NCBI GenBank assembly: GCA_965223855.1
Contig: CBDCXM010000009.1
Coordinates: 1,824,001 to 1,888,000, forward strand
Direction of reading: 5' to 3'
DNA: 64,000 nt
From: Candidatus Multivoradales bacterium
GTDB lineage: Bacteria > Acidobacteriota > Thermoanaerobaculia > Multivoradales > JAHEKO01
Part shown: positions 59,599-64,000 of the stretch, one piece after another
Layout: every line of letters starts with the position of its first letter
Position numbering within the stretch: the first letter of the stretch is position 1
Made by a program: the position numbers and the translations under genes
Notes under the pieces: generated by a model
Database searches by the model: none
What the model saw: only the letters and a program-made list of their open reading frames with translations
What the model was told of the DNA's origin: nothing

Positions 59599-61593
59599 TC
59601 AGCCCGCCTCTTCGATCTCCATCAGCGTGTTGATCCCGAGTCCCTCGGTCACGGTCTGCACGGTCCCGGAAGGCCAGGTGACCTCGACCCTGTCGATCGT
59701 GTCGTGCTCTCCCAGCCCGAAGTAGAGCGGCAGGCCGGCACTCTGGGACAGGTACCCCGACTTGCCGTCGTGGTAGCGCAGGTAGACGTCGTCGCCGGCA
59801 AAGACCTTCACCCAGGCGCCGAGGCCGTCACGGTTGGACGCGGTGCCGACCAGTCGGACCTCGAGGTACCGCAGATCGAGCGCCTCTGAGAGGTCGCTCA
59901 CGAGGACCTGCGGCACGTCGTAGAACTCGTTGGTCACGATGTCGAGGTCGCCGTCCCCCTCCAGGTCGAGGACGACAGAGGAACGGGTCCCGAGCGTGCC
60001 GGTGACGACGACCGGTCCCTCTCTGCCTTCGCAGTCCTGATGCTCTACGTCCTCGCCGGAACAGTCGAGCTCGAACCAGTCGATGCGGTAGCGGCCGTCG
60101 CGCCGCGGCTCGACCCCGAGAATGAACTCGCTGTCGACGAACCGCCGCCCGCGGTCGTTGAGGAGCAGCGAGTTGACGCCGTAGCGGAACGGGAAGCTCA
60201 TGCTGGAAGCGATGAACATGTCCTCCCAGCCGTCGGCGTTGAGGTCGGCGGCGGAGAGGCCCCACGGCCAGTAGTTCTCGGCGCCGACCGGGTCGGAGAT
60301 CTCCCGGTACGAGCCGTCTTCGTTCCGCTCCCAGAAGGCGTTGCCGAAGATGTTGTTCGAGCCGTCCTGGAGGTGGTCGTCGCTCCACAACATGACCGAC
60401 TTCAGGTGCTCCTCGCTCGGCCCGACTTCGCGGCTCATGTCGGAGTGCATGTCGGTGATGACGAGGTCGAGCTGCTGATCCCTGTTCCAGTCGAAGAACT
60501 GGATTCCCATGGCCCCCCAGGGATTCCGGGGGAAGACCTCGGCGGTGCGCTCGACGTAGCGGACGCCTCCGTCGGCGTCGATCTCGCTCTCGAAGTAACG
60601 GTCGTCACCCTGCATGTTGAGGACGTAGACGTCGGGATGGCCGTCGGCGTCGAGGTCGGCGAAGCTCGCATCGCCGCTCCAGCCGGGGTCGACGAGGCCG
60701 GTCGCTTCGGTGACGTCCTCGAAGCGGAGGTCGCCGAGGTTGCGGTAGAGCGTGCTCGTCTCGGTCCGTTCCGGGAAGAGGTGGCCGCTGAAGGCGTCGA
60801 TGCGCGCCACGTACTGTCCGTCGGGCCCGATCCGGTCGTGGGTGTAGACGCCGACGTTGGTGACGAAGAGGTCGAGCAGCCCGTCGAGGTCGTAGTCGAG
60901 GAAGATCGCACCAGACGAGTGCTTGTCGTCCAGGAGGCCCGCCGCCTCGGCGACGTCGGTGAAGCGGCCCTTGCCGTCGTTGGCGAACAGCAGATTGCCC
61001 TGACGGACGGTGGTCACGAAGAGGTCCTGGTCGCCGTCGTTGTCCACATCGGCGAAGCTGGCCCCGATCGAGATGCGGTCGGCGACGGCGACTCCGGCGG
61101 TAGCGGTGACGTTCTCGAATCGGCCCTCCCCGAGGTTGCGCCACAGCTCGTTCTCGCCCGCCTGGGTGACGAAGTAGAGATCGAGCCGGCCGTCGCCGTC
61201 GACGTCGGCGGTCGCGACGCCGTTGCCGTGGTCGTAGTGGGAGGCCTTGAGGTTCTTGCGGTTGTCGTCCGTGATCAGGTTGCGGAAGGTGATGCCGCTC
61301 TCGGGCTGCCGATCGGTGTAGCGGAAGCCGTAGGGGACCGAGAAGCTGGTGGCCGTCTCGAGCTGCTCCTTCGCCCGCGTCTCGAGCGTCGAATAGCCGA
61401 CGTCCTCCGGAGGCACGTGGGCGATCGTCGGTGCTGAGGCCGCTGCTTCGGGGACCTCGGCCTCCGCCGTCTCCTGGGCCTGAGACGGCGCGGACACGGC
61501 GAGGAGCGAGGCGGTGAGGACGCCGGTCAGCATCTGCCGGGAGGGGTGGCGGGCGGACGTGTTTCCGGTTCGACTCCGGTGAGCGGCAATCAT
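59599..61593 (-). CDS. CRTAC1-like FG-GAP/ASPIC-UnbV protein
   Basis: HYDHGNG, DVDGDG repeats, TDMHSDM, NRDGLGA, GKSGYLSQ..LYFGLG. Start 61593 or 61533. Confidence 0.88.
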   Translation of the reverse strand: MIAAHRSRTGNTSARHPSRQMLTGVLTASLLAVSAPSQAQETAEAEVPEAAASAPTIAHVPPEDVGYSTLETRAKEQLETATSFSVPYGFRYTDRQPESGITFRNLITDDNRKNLKASHYDHGNGVATADVDGDGRLDLYFVTQAGENELWRNLGEGRFENVTATAGVAVADRISIGASFADVDNDGDQDLFVTTVRQGNLLFANDGKGRFTDVAEAAGLLDDKHSSGAIFLDYDLDGLLDLFVTNVGVYTHDRIGPDGQYVARIDAFSGHLFPERTETSTLYRNLGDLRFEDVTEATGLVDPGWSGDASFADLDADGHPDVYVLNMQGDDRYFESEIDADGGVRYVERTAEVFPRNPWGAMGIQFFDWNRDQQLDLVITDMHSDMSREVGPSEEHLKSVMLWSDDHLQDGSNNIFGNAFWERNEDGSYREISDPVGAENYWPWGLSAADLNADGWEDMFIASSMSFPFRYGVNSLLLNDRGRRFVDSEFILGVEPRRDGRYRIDWFELDCSGEDVEHQDCEGREGPVVVTGTLGTRSSVVLDLEGDGDLDIVTNEFYDVPQVLVSDLSEALDLRYLEVRLVGTASNRDGLGAWVKVFAGDDVYLRYHDGKSGYLSQSAGLPLYFGLGEHDTIDRVEVTWPSGTVQTVTEGLGINTLMEIEEAG

Positions 61594-61852
61594 GGGGTGA
61601 CTCCCGTGGGACGTTCTGAACGTTGGGTGGAGCTTGTGGGTCGGAAGTTGCTCAGCGCCGAGAGCGCCGTTTCCGGGTGAAACCCCGACGGGCTTGGGGG
61701 GATTCCAGCGTAGCATCCCGGTGTGGCGCCGTGGAGGGGGAATCGCCGGGAAGAGGCAGGGCTCGCGGGCGCGTTAGGATGTCCGAACCCTGCCTCACGT
61801 CTTGCCATCGGGCCGGAATCGGCCCTCCAAATCTCCTCGGAGGATCTACACC

Positions 61853-63790
61853 ATGTGTCGCCGCAACCTCACCGGATCCCACATGAAACTGCTGTGCGTC
61901 GCTCTCTTGGCAGGCGGTGCAATGTCCACGGCCGCGGCGTCGCAGGAGACCGCCGTCGGGGAGGCGGAGAGCAGCACGGTTCTTTCCATTCCGGAGAACG
62001 ACATCGGCGAGCGCCTCCTCGAGGCCCGGCAGACGGCGCAGGAGCGGACCCGCGGACGTTTCCGGGTGCCCCACGAGTTCGGCTTCACCGACACGATCGA
62101 AGCGAGCGGTATCGACTTTCTCCATCGGGTCGTCGACGATGCCGGGCGCTACTACAAGATGGTGCACTACGACCACGGCAACGGCGTGGCGGCCGCCGAC
62201 GTCGACGGCGACGGCCGCCTCGACGTCTACTTCGTCTCCCAGTTGGGGGGCAACGAGCTGTGGCGCAACCTCGGGGAGGGCCGCTTCGAGAACATCACCG
62301 AGAGCGCGGGAGTCGCTCTCGGCGAGAGAGTCAGCGTCGCGCCTGCTTTCGCGGATATCGACAATGACGGTGATCCGGATCTCTTCGTCACCACGGTGCG
62401 GGGAGGCAACGCGCTCTTCGAGAACCTGGGTGAGGGGAGGTTCCGCGACATCACGAGCGAGGCGGGCGTCGGCTACGTCGGCCACTCCTCGGGGGCGGTC
62501 TTTCTCGACTACGACCTCGACGGGCTGCTCGACCTGTTCGTCACCAACGTCGGCACCTACACGACCGAGGAGAAGGGCGCCGGCGATTACTGGGTCGGCA
62601 TCGAGAACGCCTTCGACGGCCACCTCCACGCCGATCGCAGCGAGCGAAGCCTCCTGTACCGCAACCTGGGCGGCAACCGCTTCGAGGAGGTCGCCCTGGC
62701 TGCCGGCCTGAACGACGAGAGCTGGAGCGGCGATGCCACGGCGGCCGACCTGGACGGAGACCGCTGGCCCGAGCTCTACGTTCTCAACATGCAGGGGGAC
62801 GACCACTACTGGGTCAACGCCGACGGGCGCTTCGAGGAGCGAACGGCCGCTCACTTCCCCAGCACGCCGTGGGGGTCGATGGGGGTCAAGTTTTTCGACT
62901 GGAACAACGACAGCCGCCTCGACCTCATCCTCACCGACATGCATTCGGACATGAGCCAGGAGGTCGGTCCGGACGCCGAGAAGCTCAAGTCCGAGATCAC
63001 CTGGCCCGAAGACTACGTCCAGGACGGCTCGAACAACATCTTCGGCAACGCCTTCTACGAGGCGGGGGAGGAGGGCTTCGACGAAATCTCCGACCTCGTC
63101 GGCGCCGAGAACTACTGGCCGTGGGGGCTGTCGGTCGCCGATCTCAACGCCGACGGCTGGCAGGACGTAGTGATCGCCTCGAGCATGAGCTTCCCGTGGC
63201 GCTATGGCATCAACACCGTGCTCCTCAACAATCGTGGGGAGTCGTTCCTGGACAGTGAGTTCCTGCTCGGCGTCGAGCCGCGGGCCGGCGGTCGCACGAA
63301 GACCCCCTGGTTCGAGCTCGACTGCTCGGGCGCCGATCGCGACTATTCCCGCTGCGCCGAGCGTGAGGGGAGTTTCTCGGTACTGGGAAACCTGGGCACC
63401 CGATCGACGGTGATCTTCGACCTCGAGGGGGACGGTGATCTCGACATCGTGACCAGCGAGTTTCACGCTCCTCCTCAGATCCTCTCGAGCGATCTCGCGG
63501 ACGACGGCGGGGTCAACTGGGTGGGAGTTCGTCTCGTCGGCACGGCTTCGAATCGGGACGGTCTGGGTGCGTTGGTCGAACTCCACGCCGGAGGCCAGGT
63601 CCAGGTGCGCTATCACGACGGCAAGTCGGGCTATCTGGCGCAGAGCGCCATGCCGCTCTACTTCGGCCTAGGCGAGGCGACGACGGTCGAGCAGCTCGTC
63701 GTCCGGTGGCCCTCCGGTAGCGTCGACACGCTGGAGAATGTCGCGTCGGGCGAGGTGCTCGAGGTGGAGGAGTCGGAGGGAGACGGCTAG
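61853..63790 (+). CDS. CRTAC1-like FG-GAP/ASPIC-UnbV protein
   Basis: GGAGG before ATG 61853 (alternative start 61883). HYDHGNG, TDMHSDM, GKSGYLAQ..LYFGLG. Confidence 0.88.
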   Translation: MCRRNLTGSHMKLLCVALLAGGAMSTAAASQETAVGEAESSTVLSIPENDIGERLLEARQTAQERTRGRFRVPHEFGFTDTIEASGIDFLHRVVDDAGRYYKMVHYDHGNGVAAADVDGDGRLDVYFVSQLGGNELWRNLGEGRFENITESAGVALGERVSVAPAFADIDNDGDPDLFVTTVRGGNALFENLGEGRFRDITSEAGVGYVGHSSGAVFLDYDLDGLLDLFVTNVGTYTTEEKGAGDYWVGIENAFDGHLHADRSERSLLYRNLGGNRFEEVALAAGLNDESWSGDATAADLDGDRWPELYVLNMQGDDHYWVNADGRFEERTAAHFPSTPWGSMGVKFFDWNNDSRLDLILTDMHSDMSQEVGPDAEKLKSEITWPEDYVQDGSNNIFGNAFYEAGEEGFDEISDLVGAENYWPWGLSVADLNADGWQDVVIASSMSFPWRYGINTVLLNNRGESFLDSEFLLGVEPRAGGRTKTPWFELDCSGADRDYSRCAEREGSFSVLGNLGTRSTVIFDLEGDGDLDIVTSEFHAPPQILSSDLADDGGVNWVGVRLVGTASNRDGLGALVELHAGGQVQVRYHDGKSGYLAQSAMPLYFGLGEATTVEQLVVRWPSGSVDTLENVASGEVLEVEESEGDG

Positions 63791-63812
63791 CCGAGGCAGC
63801 CGGAAGCGGTTC

Positions 63813-64000
63813 TCAGCCGCCCGCCAGCGCGGCGAGGTTCTCCGCCTCGGGCCAGCGGTTGCGGGCCTGACGCAACAGCGCCTCGGCGGACGCCGGGTCA
63901 CCCATGGCCCGTAGCGCCTTGACCGCCTCTCCGTGCGATCGCGGGCCGGGATTCGCCTCCACCATCGCCTGCAGCGTGCGCCCCGCCTCGGCACCCCGGT
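63813..64000 (-). CDS. 3' end of a helical/TPR-like protein (partial)
   Basis: Minus frame reads RGAEAGRTLQAMVEANPGPRSHGEAVKALRAMGDPASAEALLRQARNRWPEAENLAALAGG*. Confidence 0.6.
   Translation of the reverse strand, partial: RGAEAGRTLQAMVEANPGPRSHGEAVKALRAMGDPASAEALLRQARNRWPEAENLAALAGG

Noticed and set aside
39387-63790. Recurrent GACGGCGACGGCGAC / GTCGCCGTCG DNA repeats as a possible CRISPR or DGR
   Set aside because: They encode DxDGDG FG-GAP loops, are irregularly spaced and in frame. No cas or reverse transcriptase gene is present
32231-63790. Enediyne biosynthetic cluster suggested by UnbV domains
   Set aside because: No PKS, thioesterase or UnbU/UnbL-like gene recognised in the window

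Overview
High-GC bacterial window. The gene content resembles Acidobacteriota/Thermoanaerobaculia, but this is inference only. No rRNA, tRNA, CRISPR array or transposase was recognised. 1-8.5 kb: thiE, an NSS/SNF transporter with a MetS-type small subunit, aroK, a DtxR/MntR regulator, a HEAT-cyclophilin lipoprotein and an ECF sigma/anti-sigma/bactofilin-like module. 8.6-22.3 kb (minus strand): a glycosyltransferase-ABC-kinase-beta-barrel-GT/methyltransferase operon downstream of a HisKA_2 kinase and REC-PAS-AAA+ activator pair, with two sigma54 promoters, an IHF site and TGAGAC(A) enhancer repeats visible in the DNA. 22.4-26.9 kb: hbd, a Zn-ribbon-TPR protein and proS. 27-39 kb: a metal-handling region containing a TonB-dependent receptor preceded by a His-rich leader ending in a RAPP arrest motif, an FRG protein, a CorC/CNNM protein, feoB and a membrane-anchored DtxR-FeoA fusion. 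32-64 kb: an array of 11 secreted FG-GAP/ASPIC-UnbV (CRTAC1-like) paralogues in several subfamilies, interleaved with or fused to TPR proteins. One paralogue is frameshifted and one carries a histone-fold-like N-terminal domain. The best candidates for undescribed systems are the Cys-free His-rich RAPP leader/TBDT unit, the ASPIC-TPR array and the sigma54-controlled glyco-modification operon. Product calls rest on motif recognition by eye, without database searches.
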